In this document: piece by piece, positions 56,954 through 64,000 of the stretch
Numbering within the stretch: position 1 is the first letter of the stretch
How the letters are laid out: each line of letters opens with the position of its first letter
Assembly: GCA_046733295.1 (NCBI GenBank)
Contig: JBKPOY010000038.1
Coordinates: forward strand, 4,951-68,950
DNA: 64,000 nt
Reading direction: 5' to 3'
Source of the DNA: Actinomycetota bacterium
GTDB lineage: Bacteria > Actinomycetota > Thermoleophilia > Gaiellales > Gaiellaceae
Position numbers and translations under genes: made by a program
Notes under the pieces: generated by a model
What the model was told of the DNA's origin: nothing
Databases searched by the model: none
The model's input: the letters and a program-made list of their open reading frames with translations, nothing else

Positions 56954-57138
56954 TGGCGAAGAAATCGCTGATCGCGAAGGCCGGGCGGCCTTCCAAGTAC
57001 AAGGTGCGCGACTACACTCGCTGCCGGCGCTGCGGACGCCCGCGTGCGGTCTACCGGAAGTTCGGACTGTGCCGGATCTGCCTGCGCGAGCTCGCGCACG
57101 AGGGCTCGATCCCCGGCATGACCAAGAGTTCATGGTAG
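56953..57138 (+). CDS. rpsN: 30S ribosomal protein S14, type Z (zinc form)
   Basis: 61 aa. [20 protein letters not shown]. Confidence 0.95.
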   Translation: MAKKSLIAKAGRPSKYKVRDYTRCRRCGRPRAVYRKFGLCRICLRELAHEGSIPGMTKSSW

Positions 57139-57148
57139 GAGGAAGCAC

Positions 57149-57544
57149 GTGCTGACCGACCCGATCGCCGACATGTTGAGCCGCATCCGCAACGCGAACC
57201 GCGCGATGCACGACAGCGTGCAGATGCCCAACTCGCGGATGAAGGAGGAGATCGCCCGTCTCCTCAAGGAGGAGGGCTACATCCGCGACTACCACGTCGA
57301 GAACGGCGGCAGCTACAAGGTGCTCGTCGTCGACCTCAAGTACGGCCGAAACCGTGAGCGCGTGATCACGAACCTCAAGCGCATCTCGAAGCCGGGCCGC
57401 CGGATCTACGCGCGCAAGGATCGCCTGCCGCGCGTGCTCGGCGGTATGGGCGTCGCGATCCTGTCCACGTCCAACGGACTGATGACCGGCCGCACCGCGC
57501 AGGAGCGAGGCGTCGGCGGAGAGGTCGTCTGCTTCATCTGGTGA
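57149..57544 (+). CDS. rpsH: 30S ribosomal protein S8
   Basis: [23 protein letters not shown]. Confidence 0.97.
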   Translation: MLTDPIADMLSRIRNANRAMHDSVQMPNSRMKEEIARLLKEEGYIRDYHVENGGSYKVLVVDLKYGRNRERVITNLKRISKPGRRIYARKDRLPRVLGGMGVAILSTSNGLMTGRTAQERGVGGEVVCFIW

Positions 57545-57551
57545 GCCTGGA

Positions 57552-58085
57552 ATGAGCCGAATCGGAAAACAGCCAATCGAGCTTCCAAGCGGCGTCAACG
57601 TCGCGATCTCCCCGGGCCGCGTCCAGGTGAACGGCCCTCTCGGCGAGCTGTCGCAGACCGTGCCGGCGCGGATGCTGATCGAGCAGGCCGACGGCAACCT
57701 CGTCGTCAAGCGGCCAACGGAGCGCGGCGACGACCGCGCGCTGCACGGCCTCACGCGTTCGCTGCTCTCGAACATGGTCGAAGGCGTCACGAAGGGGTTC
57801 GAGAAGCGCCTCGAGATCCAGGGAGTCGGGTACCGCGCGGCCCTGCGCGGCACCGACCTCGAGCTGAACGTCGGCTATTCGCACCCGGTTGTTGTCAAGC
57901 CCCCGCAGGGGATCACGTTCGACGTCCCCGAAGCGACGCGGGTGATCGTCAAGGGAATCGACAAGCAGCAGGTCGGCGAGATCGCGGCGCAGGTGCGGAA
58001 GGTGCGCCCGCCCGAGCCCTACAAGGGCAAGGGCATCCGCTACGAGGGCGAGTACGTGCGCCGGAAGGTCGGCAAGAGAGCGTAA
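57552..58085 (+). CDS. rplF: 50S ribosomal protein L6
   Basis: [15 protein letters not shown]...[11 protein letters not shown]. Confidence 0.97.
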   Translation: MSRIGKQPIELPSGVNVAISPGRVQVNGPLGELSQTVPARMLIEQADGNLVVKRPTERGDDRALHGLTRSLLSNMVEGVTKGFEKRLEIQGVGYRAALRGTDLELNVGYSHPVVVKPPQGITFDVPEATRVIVKGIDKQQVGEIAAQVRKVRPPEPYKGKGIRYEGEYVRRKVGKRA

Positions 58086-58441
58086 TGGCAGTCCTGACCA
58101 AGCCCCAGGCACGCGCCCGCCGCCATCGCCGCGTTCGCGGCAAGGTCTTCGGCACGGCCGAGCGGCCGCGCCTCGTCGTCTTCCGGTCGAATCACGGGAT
58201 CGAGGCGCAGCTTGTCGACGACGTGGAGGCGAAGACTCTCGCTGCGGCGAGCTGGCTGAATCTGAAGAAGTCGTTCAAGGGCAACAAGACGGCCCAGGCG
58301 GCGGAGGTCGGCAAGCTTCTCGCCGAGAACGCGAAGAAGGCGAACGTCGAGACGGTCGTCTTCGACCGCGGCGGCTATCTCTACCACGGACGCGTCAAAG
58401 CGCTCGCAGATGCAGCGCGCGAAGGAGGCCTCAGCTTTTGA
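58085..58441 (+). CDS. rplR: 50S ribosomal protein L18
   Basis: [24 protein letters not shown]...[17 protein letters not shown]. Confidence 0.96.
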   Translation: MAVLTKPQARARRHRRVRGKVFGTAERPRLVVFRSNHGIEAQLVDDVEAKTLAAASWLNLKKSFKGNKTAQAAEVGKLLAENAKKANVETVVFDRGGYLYHGRVKALADAAREGGLSF

Positions 58442-59259
58442 GCACCACCCCTGTTGAACGCGAAGTCATCGAGCGCGAGCGAGAGCGCGAGCTCAAGGAG
58501 CGCGTCGTCGAGATCAACCGCGTCGCCAAGGTCGTCAAGGGCGGGCGCAGGTTCTCGTTCACGGCGCTGGTCGTGATCGGCGACGAGGTCGATCGCGTCG
58601 GGGTCGGCTATGGCAAGGCCCGCGAGGTGCCGCTCGCGATCTCGAAGGCGGTCGACGACGCGAAGAAGAACCTGTTCACCGTGCCGAAGAAGGGCACGAC
58701 CATCACGCACGAGATCCTCGGTGAGTTCGGCGCGGCGCGCGTGCTGCTGCGGCCGGCGAGCGAAGGAACCGGCGTCATCGCCGGCGGCGGCGTCCGCGCC
58801 GTGCTCGAGCTGGGCGGCGTGCGCGACATCCTCGCCAAGAGCCTGGGGACGACGAACCCGATCAACATGCTGAAGGCGACCGTGAACGGCCTCCAGCGGC
58901 TGCGGCGCCCGGAGGAGGTCGCGCAGAGCCGCGGCCTGACCGTGAGCCAGGTGCTGCCGATTCCGGCGGCGAAGCCGCCTGTCCGCGATAGCGGACCAGG
59001 GGAGGGGGTCTCGGGGGAACCGGGAGGTTCCCCCGGGGAGGACCGGCCACCTCCGCCTGTCCGCGATAGCGGACAAGGGGAGGGCGAAACCAGCGCGGAG
59101 CGAGTGGGAGGTTCCCCTGGGGAGGATGGGCCACCTGTAGCGGAGCGAGTGGGAGGTTCCCCCGAGGGCGAAGGCCAGCCCCCTGCTGCAGAACCGGCTG
59201 CCGAGACGCAGCCTGAGGAGACCACGGATGGCGAAGCTCCGGATAACGCAGACGCGTAG
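58438..59259 (+). CDS. rpsE: 30S ribosomal protein S5, with ~100-aa repeat-derived C-terminal extension overlapping rpmD
   Basis: TTGA overlap with rpl[31 protein letters not shown]. Core ends near 58955. Confidence 0.9.
   Translation: MSTTPVEREVIERERERELKERVVEINRVAKVVKGGRRFSFTALVVIGDEVDRVGVGYGKAREVPLAISKAVDDAKKNLFTVPKKGTTITHEILGEFGAARVLLRPASEGTGVIAGGGVRAVLELGGVRDILAKSLGTTNPINMLKATVNGLQRLRRPEEVAQSRGLTVSQVLPIPAAKPPVRDSGPGEGVSGEPGGSPGEDRPPPPVRDSGQGEGETSAERVGGSPGEDGPPVAERVGGSPEGEGQPPAAEPAAETQPEETTDGEAPDNADA
58975..59163 (+). repeat. nested direct and hairpin repeats inside the rpsE 3' extension
   Basis: 32-mer CCGCCTGTCCGCGATAGCGGAC(C/A)AGGGGAGGG twice (58975, 59053). 23-mer GCGGAGCGAGTGGGAGGTTCCCC twice (59095, 59140). 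GGGAGGTTCCCC three times. Hairpins GTCCGC-GATA-GCGGAC and GGGGGAACC-GGGA-GGTTCCCCC. Confidence 0.85.
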
Positions 59260-59410
59260 CGGCATCGGCCAGAGCCAGCGTCACCGCGGCACGTTGCGGG
59301 CGCTCGGGCTCGGCAAGATCGGCCGCTCCGCGGAGCATTCGGAGAGCCCGCAACTCGCCGGTATGCTCAGGAGGGTCCGCCACCTCGTCCGCGTCGAGGA
59401 CGCGAAGTAG
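59228..59410 (+). CDS. rpmD: 50S ribosomal protein L30
   Basis: [36 protein letters not shown] 7 nt upstream. Confidence 0.93.
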   Translation: MAKLRITQTRSGIGQSQRHRGTLRALGLGKIGRSAEHSESPQLAGMLRRVRHLVRVEDAK

Positions 59411-59412
59411 CG

Positions 59413-60048
59413 ATGCCCGAGAAGCTGAACCTCTCGAACCTGAAGCCTGCGCAGTCGCGCAAGGATCGGAAGCGCGTCGGCCGCGGCATGGGCTCGGGCA
59501 AGGGCCGCTACTCCACGCGAGGGTTGAAGGGCCAGAAGTCGCGCTCGGGCTCGCGCAAGATGCGGGCTGGCTTCGAGGGCGGCCAGATGCCGATCTATAT
59601 GCGCCTCGGCAAGCAGCGAGGCCAGTACTCGAAGGACGCGATGCCGGTCGGCCCCCACCGGACGCATACGGTTGCGGTCAACGTCCGCGATCTCGGCCGC
59701 TTCGACGCCGGCACCGAGGTCACCCCGGAGTCGCTCGTCGAGGCCGGCCTGATCCGCAACACCAAGCACGACCTGAAGATCCTCGGCCACGGCGACCTCT
59801 CGACGAAGCTCTCCGTCAGCGCGCACAACTTCTCCAGGAGCGCGCGCGAGAAGATCGAGAAGGCCGGCGGATCCATCACCTGGCTCCGCGGCGAGCCCGA
59901 ACCGCGCAAGCCCAAGCGGCGGCCGCAGGCTGCCGTGCCGCCACAGGCCGAGCCGGAGCCGCCCGAGACGGAGGAAGAGCAGGTCGAGTCCCCGGCCGAG
60001 AGCGAGCCGGAGCAAGCACCTGTCGAGCCCACGGAGGGCGAGAGCTAG
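59413..60048 (+). CDS. rplO: 50S ribosomal protein L15, with ~50-aa Pro/Glu-rich C-terminal extension
   Basis: RKRVGRGMGSGKGRYSTRGLKGQKSRSG. Confidence 0.95.
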   Translation: MPEKLNLSNLKPAQSRKDRKRVGRGMGSGKGRYSTRGLKGQKSRSGSRKMRAGFEGGQMPIYMRLGKQRGQYSKDAMPVGPHRTHTVAVNVRDLGRFDAGTEVTPESLVEAGLIRNTKHDLKILGHGDLSTKLSVSAHNFSRSAREKIEKAGGSITWLRGEPEPRKPKRRPQAAVPPQAEPEPPETEEEQVESPAESEPEQAPVEPTEGES

Positions 60049-61308
60049 GTGTTCTCGTGGCTCGCCAACGCGTGGCGCGTCCCCGAGCTGCGCCGCCGTG
60101 TCCTCTTCACGGGCATGATCCTGGCCCTCTACCGGCTGGGCTCGTGGATGCCGGCGCCCGGCGTCAACTCACAGGAGATCCAGGACTTCTTCGGCTCCGG
60201 CGGCCGCGGCAGCTCGATCCTCGGGCTCCTGAACCTGTTCTCGGGCTCGGCTCTGTCGCGCTTCTCGATTTTCGCGCTCGGGATCATGCCCTACGTCACC
60301 GCGTCGATCATCCTGCAGCTCCTCACGGTCGTGCTCCCGAAGCTCGAGCAGCTGCAGAAGGAGGGCGAGGCGGGCATGGCCAAGATCAACCAGTACACGC
60401 GCTACCTCACCGTCGCGCTCTCGGCCGCCCAGGCGACCGGCTACGCGTTCCTCTTCAAGCGCGAGGGCGTGCTCGCGGCGAACTCGGGACGCCTCGTGCT
60501 GATCATCGTCACGCTTACCGCCGGCTCGACCGTTCTCATGTGGATGGGCGAGCTGATCACCAAGCGCGGCATCGGCAACGGCATCTCGCTGCTGATCTTC
60601 GCGTCGATCCTGGCGACGGCGCCGGCGGGCGTGGTCGCCTGGTACAACGGCGGCCCGATGGAGAAGCTGTTCTTCCCGCTCGTCGCGGTCGCGATCATCG
60701 TGGCGGTCGTCTTCATCCAGGAAGGTCAGCGCCGGATCCCCATTCAGTACGCCAAGCAAATGGTCGGCAGACGGATGACCTCGGGGGGCCAGACCTACAT
60801 GCCGCTGCGCGTGAACATGGCCGGCGTCATCCCGGTGATCTTCGCCGCGGCGGTGATGGCGTTCCCGCCGACGATCGCCGAGTTCATCCCGTCGACGTCG
60901 ACCTGGATCAACCGGAACTTCCAGCCGTCGAGCTGGGCCTACCTCGGGCTCGAGGCCTTCCTGATCATCATCTTCACGTACTTCTACACGGCGGTGCAGT
61001 TCAACCCGGTCGATCAGGCGGACAACCTGCGCAAGTACGGCGGCTACATTCCGGGCATCCGCCCAGGGCCGCCGACCGCCCAGTACCTCGACCGCGTGCT
61101 GACCCGCCTCACGCTTCCGGGCTCGCTCTACCTCGCGCTCGTCGCGGTGCTGCCGAGTCTCTTCATCCGGTACGGAGGCTTCTCCCAGGCGACGTCGCGC
61201 GCTCTGGGAGGCACCTCGGTTTTGATCGTGGTTGGTGTCGCCCTCGACACCATGCGCCAGATGGAGTCGCAGATGATGATGCGCTCCTACGAAGGCTTCC
61301 TGCGCTGA
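60049..61308 (+). CDS. secY: preprotein translocase subunit SecY
   Basis: 10-TM pattern. LGIMPYVTASIILQLL, GNGISLLIF. Confidence 0.97.
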   Translation: MFSWLANAWRVPELRRRVLFTGMILALYRLGSWMPAPGVNSQEIQDFFGSGGRGSSILGLLNLFSGSALSRFSIFALGIMPYVTASIILQLLTVVLPKLEQLQKEGEAGMAKINQYTRYLTVALSAAQATGYAFLFKREGVLAANSGRLVLIIVTLTAGSTVLMWMGELITKRGIGNGISLLIFASILATAPAGVVAWYNGGPMEKLFFPLVAVAIIVAVVFIQEGQRRIPIQYAKQMVGRRMTSGGQTYMPLRVNMAGVIPVIFAAAVMAFPPTIAEFIPSTSTWINRNFQPSSWAYLGLEAFLIIIFTYFYTAVQFNPVDQADNLRKYGGYIPGIRPGPPTAQYLDRVLTRLTLPGSLYLALVAVLPSLFIRYGGFSQATSRALGGTSVLIVVGVALDTMRQMESQMMMRSYEGFLR

Positions 61309-61310
61309 CG

Positions 61311-61886
61311 GTGAACATTTTGTTGCTCGGTCCCCAGGGGTCCGGGAAGGGAACGCAGGCAAAGCGGATCGCGGCCGAGTACGGGATACCGCACATCGCG
61401 ACCGGAGACATGCTCCGCTCGGCGATCGCGGACGGGACGCCGTTCGGCGAGCGGGTGCGGCCCATCCTCGACAGCGGCGCCCTGGTCCCCGACAAGCTGA
61501 TGATCGACCTCATCCGCGATCGGCTGCAGGCCGACGACACCAGGGACGGCTTCGTGCTGGACGGCTTCCCGCGGACGCTCGTGCAGGCCGAGGCGCTCGA
61601 CACGATGCTCCGCGACGTCGGACGGGAACTGCAGATCGTCTTCGAGCTCCAGATCGCCGACTCGGTCTGCATCGAGCGGTTGCTGAAGCGCGCACACGAC
61701 GAGGGGCGGGCCGACGACACGCCCGAGGCGATCGAGAAGAGGCTCGAGCTCTACCATCAGGAGACCGAGCCGCTCGTCGAGTACTACCGGACGCTTGGCA
61801 TCCTTGTCGGTGTGCACGCCGAGCGCACCCCGAACGAGGTGTTCACCGAGATCCAGCAGGCGCTGGAGCAGGTGGCCGTACGGTGA
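61311..61886 (+). CDS. adk: adenylate kinase (short-LID form, no zinc Cys)
   Basis: GTG 61311. LLLGPQGSGKGTQAKRIA, GFVLDGFPRT. The ORF-track start 60057 is an artefact. Confidence 0.93.
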   Translation: MNILLLGPQGSGKGTQAKRIAAEYGIPHIATGDMLRSAIADGTPFGERVRPILDSGALVPDKLMIDLIRDRLQADDTRDGFVLDGFPRTLVQAEALDTMLRDVGRELQIVFELQIADSVCIERLLKRAHDEGRADDTPEAIEKRLELYHQETEPLVEYYRTLGILVGVHAERTPNEVFTEIQQALEQVAVR

Positions 61887-62659
61887 TCATTCGCAAGTCT
61901 CAGCAGGAGATCGAGGGGATGGCCCGCGCCGGCGAGGTGGTGGCCGACACACTCGCGCTGATCGGGGAGGAGCTTCGGCCGGGGATCTCGATGCTGGAGC
62001 TCGACGGCCTCGCCGAGGACTACATCCGCGAGCGCGGGGGCGTCCCCACCTCCAAGGGCTACCGCGGCTATCCGGCGACGCTCTGCATCTCGCCGAACTC
62101 GATGATCGTGCACGGGATCCCGACCGACTACAGGGCGCAGGAGGGCGACGTCATCTCGGTCGACGTCGGCGTGACCCTCGACGGGCTCGTCGCGGACAGC
62201 GCCTTCACGTTCGGCGTCGGCGAGATCGACGCGGAGGCCCAGAGGCTGCTCGACGTCTGCCAGCAGGCACTGGCGGCGGGGATCGAGCAGGCCCGCGTCG
62301 GGAATTACGTCTCCGACATCGGTCACGCGGTGCAGACCGTCGTCGAGGACGCCGGCTACTCCGTGGTCAGGAGCCTGGTCGGGCACGGCGTTGGGAGGGC
62401 ATACCACGAGGATCCGCAGGTGCCGAACTTCGGCGACCCGGGCCGGGGCCCGGAGCTGCTGCCCGGGATGACGCTCGCGATCGAGCCGATGATCAACGCC
62501 GGGGGCCCGGACGTCGTCATGCACGCCGACGAGTGGTCGATTTCCTCGGCCGACGAATCCCTCTCGGCCCACTTCGAGCACACGGTGGCCGTCACCGAGG
62601 AAGGCCCGCAGGTGCTGACTGCGGCCAAACGGCCGGTCCAGGCGGGTTTGCTACCATAG
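61883..62659 (+). CDS. map: type I methionine aminopeptidase
   Basis: GYRGYPATLCISPN, DVISVDVG, VGHGVGRAYHE, TLAIEPM, EHTVAVT. Confidence 0.96.
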   Translation: MIIRKSQQEIEGMARAGEVVADTLALIGEELRPGISMLELDGLAEDYIRERGGVPTSKGYRGYPATLCISPNSMIVHGIPTDYRAQEGDVISVDVGVTLDGLVADSAFTFGVGEIDAEAQRLLDVCQQALAAGIEQARVGNYVSDIGHAVQTVVEDAGYSVVRSLVGHGVGRAYHEDPQVPNFGDPGRGPELLPGMTLAIEPMINAGGPDVVMHADEWSISSADESLSAHFEHTVAVTEEGPQVLTAAKRPVQAGLLP

Positions 62660-62697
62660 TCAGCCGCGGCGCGAGCCGTGTTTTTCCGTGTTCCGAC

Positions 62698-62725
62698 AAC
62701 CGCGCTGATGAGGCGCGGTTTCTGT
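62698..62725 (+). terminator. possible terminator after map
   Basis: Stem AACCGCGC/GCGCGGTT with 7-nt loop, then TCTGTG (weak T tract). Confidence 0.4.
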
Positions 62726-62740
62726 GAGGTAAATGGCCAG

Positions 62741-62854
62741 ATGAAGGTCCGAGCATCAGTCAAGCCGATGTGCGAGCGGTGCCGCGTGATCAAGCGGCAC
62801 GGCAAGACCATGGTCATCTGCACCAACCCGCGACACAAGCAAAGGCAGGGGTAG
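62741..62854 (+). CDS. rpmJ: 50S ribosomal protein L36 (zinc form); below the ORF-track size cutoff
   Basis: Hand translation [37 protein letters not shown]. Confidence 0.93.
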   Translation: MKVRASVKPMCERCRVIKRHGKTMVICTNPRHKQRQG

Positions 62855-62858
62855 CCGC

Positions 62859-63242
62859 GTGGCACGAATAGCCGGTGTGAACCTCCCGAATCAGAAGCGG
62901 CTCGAGATCGGGCTCACCTACATCTACGGGATCGGCCAGCCGACCGCGCGCAAGGTCTGCGTCGACCTGAGTCTCTCGCCCGACGAGAAGATCAAGGATC
63001 TGACCGACGAGGAGGTCACGAAGCTCCGCGAGTACATCGACTCGAACCTCCAGGTCGAGGGCGACCTCCGCCGCGAACGCACGCAGTCGATCAAGCGGCT
63101 GCAGGAGATCGGCGCCTATCGCGGCCTGCGCCACCGTCGTGGCCTGCCGGCCCACGGCCAGCGCACGAAGACGAACGCGCGCACCCGCAAGGGCCCGAAG
63201 AAGACCGTCGGCCGCGGTAAGAAGGCCGCCACCAAGACCTGA
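62859..63242 (+). CDS. rpsM: 30S ribosomal protein S13
   Basis: [26 protein letters not shown]. Confidence 0.97.
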   Translation: MARIAGVNLPNQKRLEIGLTYIYGIGQPTARKVCVDLSLSPDEKIKDLTDEEVTKLREYIDSNLQVEGDLRRERTQSIKRLQEIGAYRGLRHRRGLPAHGQRTKTNARTRKGPKKTVGRGKKAATKT

Positions 63243-63646
63243 TGGCGCCTCCCCGCAAGCCGGCGACCCGTGGTCGCACGCGCCGCCGCGTCCGCAAGAA
63301 CATTGCGATCGGCCAGGCGCACATCAAGACGTCGTTCAACAATACGATCGTCTCGCTCACGGACGGCGAGGGGAACGTGATCGCCTGGGAGTCGGCGGGC
63401 TCGGCGGGGTTCAAGGGCTCGCGGAAGTCGACGCCGTTCGCCGCCCAGGTGACCGCCGACGCATGTGCCCGCAAGGGCATGGAGCACGGGCTCCAGAAGG
63501 TCGAGGTCTTCGTCAAGGGCCCGGGGTCGGGCCGCGAGACGGCGATCCGATCGCTTCAGGCCGCCGGGCTCGAGATCCTCGGGGTCAAGGACGTGACGCC
63601 GCAGGCCCACAACGGCGTCCGACCGAAAAAGCGGCGGCGCGTGTGA
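63242..63646 (+). CDS. rpsK: 30S ribosomal protein S11
   Basis: [30 protein letters not shown]. Confidence 0.97.
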   Translation: MAPPRKPATRGRTRRRVRKNIAIGQAHIKTSFNNTIVSLTDGEGNVIAWESAGSAGFKGSRKSTPFAAQVTADACARKGMEHGLQKVEVFVKGPGSGRETAIRSLQAAGLEILGVKDVTPQAHNGVRPKKRRRV

Positions 63647-63779
63647 TGGTGGCCCCCTCACGCGTGTCTCGCACCCGCCAGGGCGCTGCAAAGCTCGCTC
63701 TGGCGGCGTGCTCCCTGCGTCCTACCCAGAGCGGCTTTTCGCGGCTGGCGGGCACGAGCCCCACGAGAGGTGGCCACTA

Positions 63780-64000
63780 ATGGCTCGGGACCTCGGACCC
63801 AAGTGCCGCGTCTGCAGGCGCGAAGGCATGAAGCTCTTCCTCAAGGGCGAGCGGTGCCTGACGGAGAAGTGCGCGATCGAGCGGCGCTCCTACCCGCCGG
63901 GCGAGCACGGTCGCGGCCGCATTAAGCAGAGCGAGTACCTCCTGCAGCTGCGGGAGAAGCAGAAGGCGCGCCGGTACTACGGCCTGCTCGAGAAGCAGTT
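63780..64000 (+). CDS. rpsD: 30S ribosomal protein S4, 3' end cut by window (N-terminal Cys4 form)
   Basis: Hand translation [44 protein letters not shown].... Frame open to nt 64000. Confidence 0.93.
   Translation, partial: MARDLGPKCRVCRREGMKLFLKGERCLTEKCAIERRSYPPGEHGRGRIKQSEYLLQLREKQKARRYYGLLEKQ

Noticed and set aside
58975-59163. Possible CRISPR-like array, given short repeats with short intervening sequence.
   Set aside because: The repeats are of several interleaved kinds with irregular spacing of 0-45 nt. They lie in frame within rpsE, and there are no cas genes or leader.
62660-62740. Possible degraded infA pseudogene between map and rpmJ.
   Set aside because: The 81-nt region has no IF-1-like translation in any frame and appears to be a hairpin plus the rpmJ SD.

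Overview
High-GC bacterial chromosome segment. GC was judged by eye, not computed. Gene order, frequent GTG/TTG starts and apparent leaderless genes suggest a monoderm Actinomycetota-like lineage; this is inference only. The window has four blocks. (1) 1-6.5 kb holds a truncated histidine kinase, a cyclase-STAND protein, a secreted BNR protein, tRNA-Tyr and an FAD reductase. (2) 6.5-24.7 kb is a complete type IV pilus locus with no secretin: two pilT genes, an SLT+M23 murein hydrolase, a PASTA-like protein, minor pilins, pilD, pilB, two tandem near-identical major pilins, pilM/N/O, a PilP-like gene, a pilV-like gene and pilC. It is interrupted by a RayT transposase with flanking REP repeats. 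(3) 24.7-29.2 kb holds an isochorismatase-like gene, pdxH, a creatininase-like gene and an ABC-2 exporter. (4) From 29.2 kb come tRNA-Met, rpmG-secE-nusG-rplKAJL-rpoBC, a 3-kb insertion (secreted protein plus GGDEF cyclase), then rpsL-rpsG-fusA-tuf and the S10/spc/alpha ribosomal operons up to a truncated rpsD. Main hunt results: (a) nine pilus transcription units carry a T-A tetramer-N16-GCCGATA(G/C) box matching the sigma-28 (FliA/SigD/WhiG) consensus, and six or seven of them are placed so that transcription would start at the start codon. (b) Many ribosomal proteins have long low-complexity extensions, notably S17 N-terminal, S3 C-terminal and S5 C-terminal. The S5 extension is built from nested hairpin repeats and overlaps rpmD. 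(c) Two REP-like repeat families are present. (d) pdxH has no canonical start codon for its conserved N-terminus. (e) rplB-rpsS and rpsJ-rplC have unusual structured spacers. I see no defence, toxin or CRISPR system. All homology statements come from motif recognition, not database searches.
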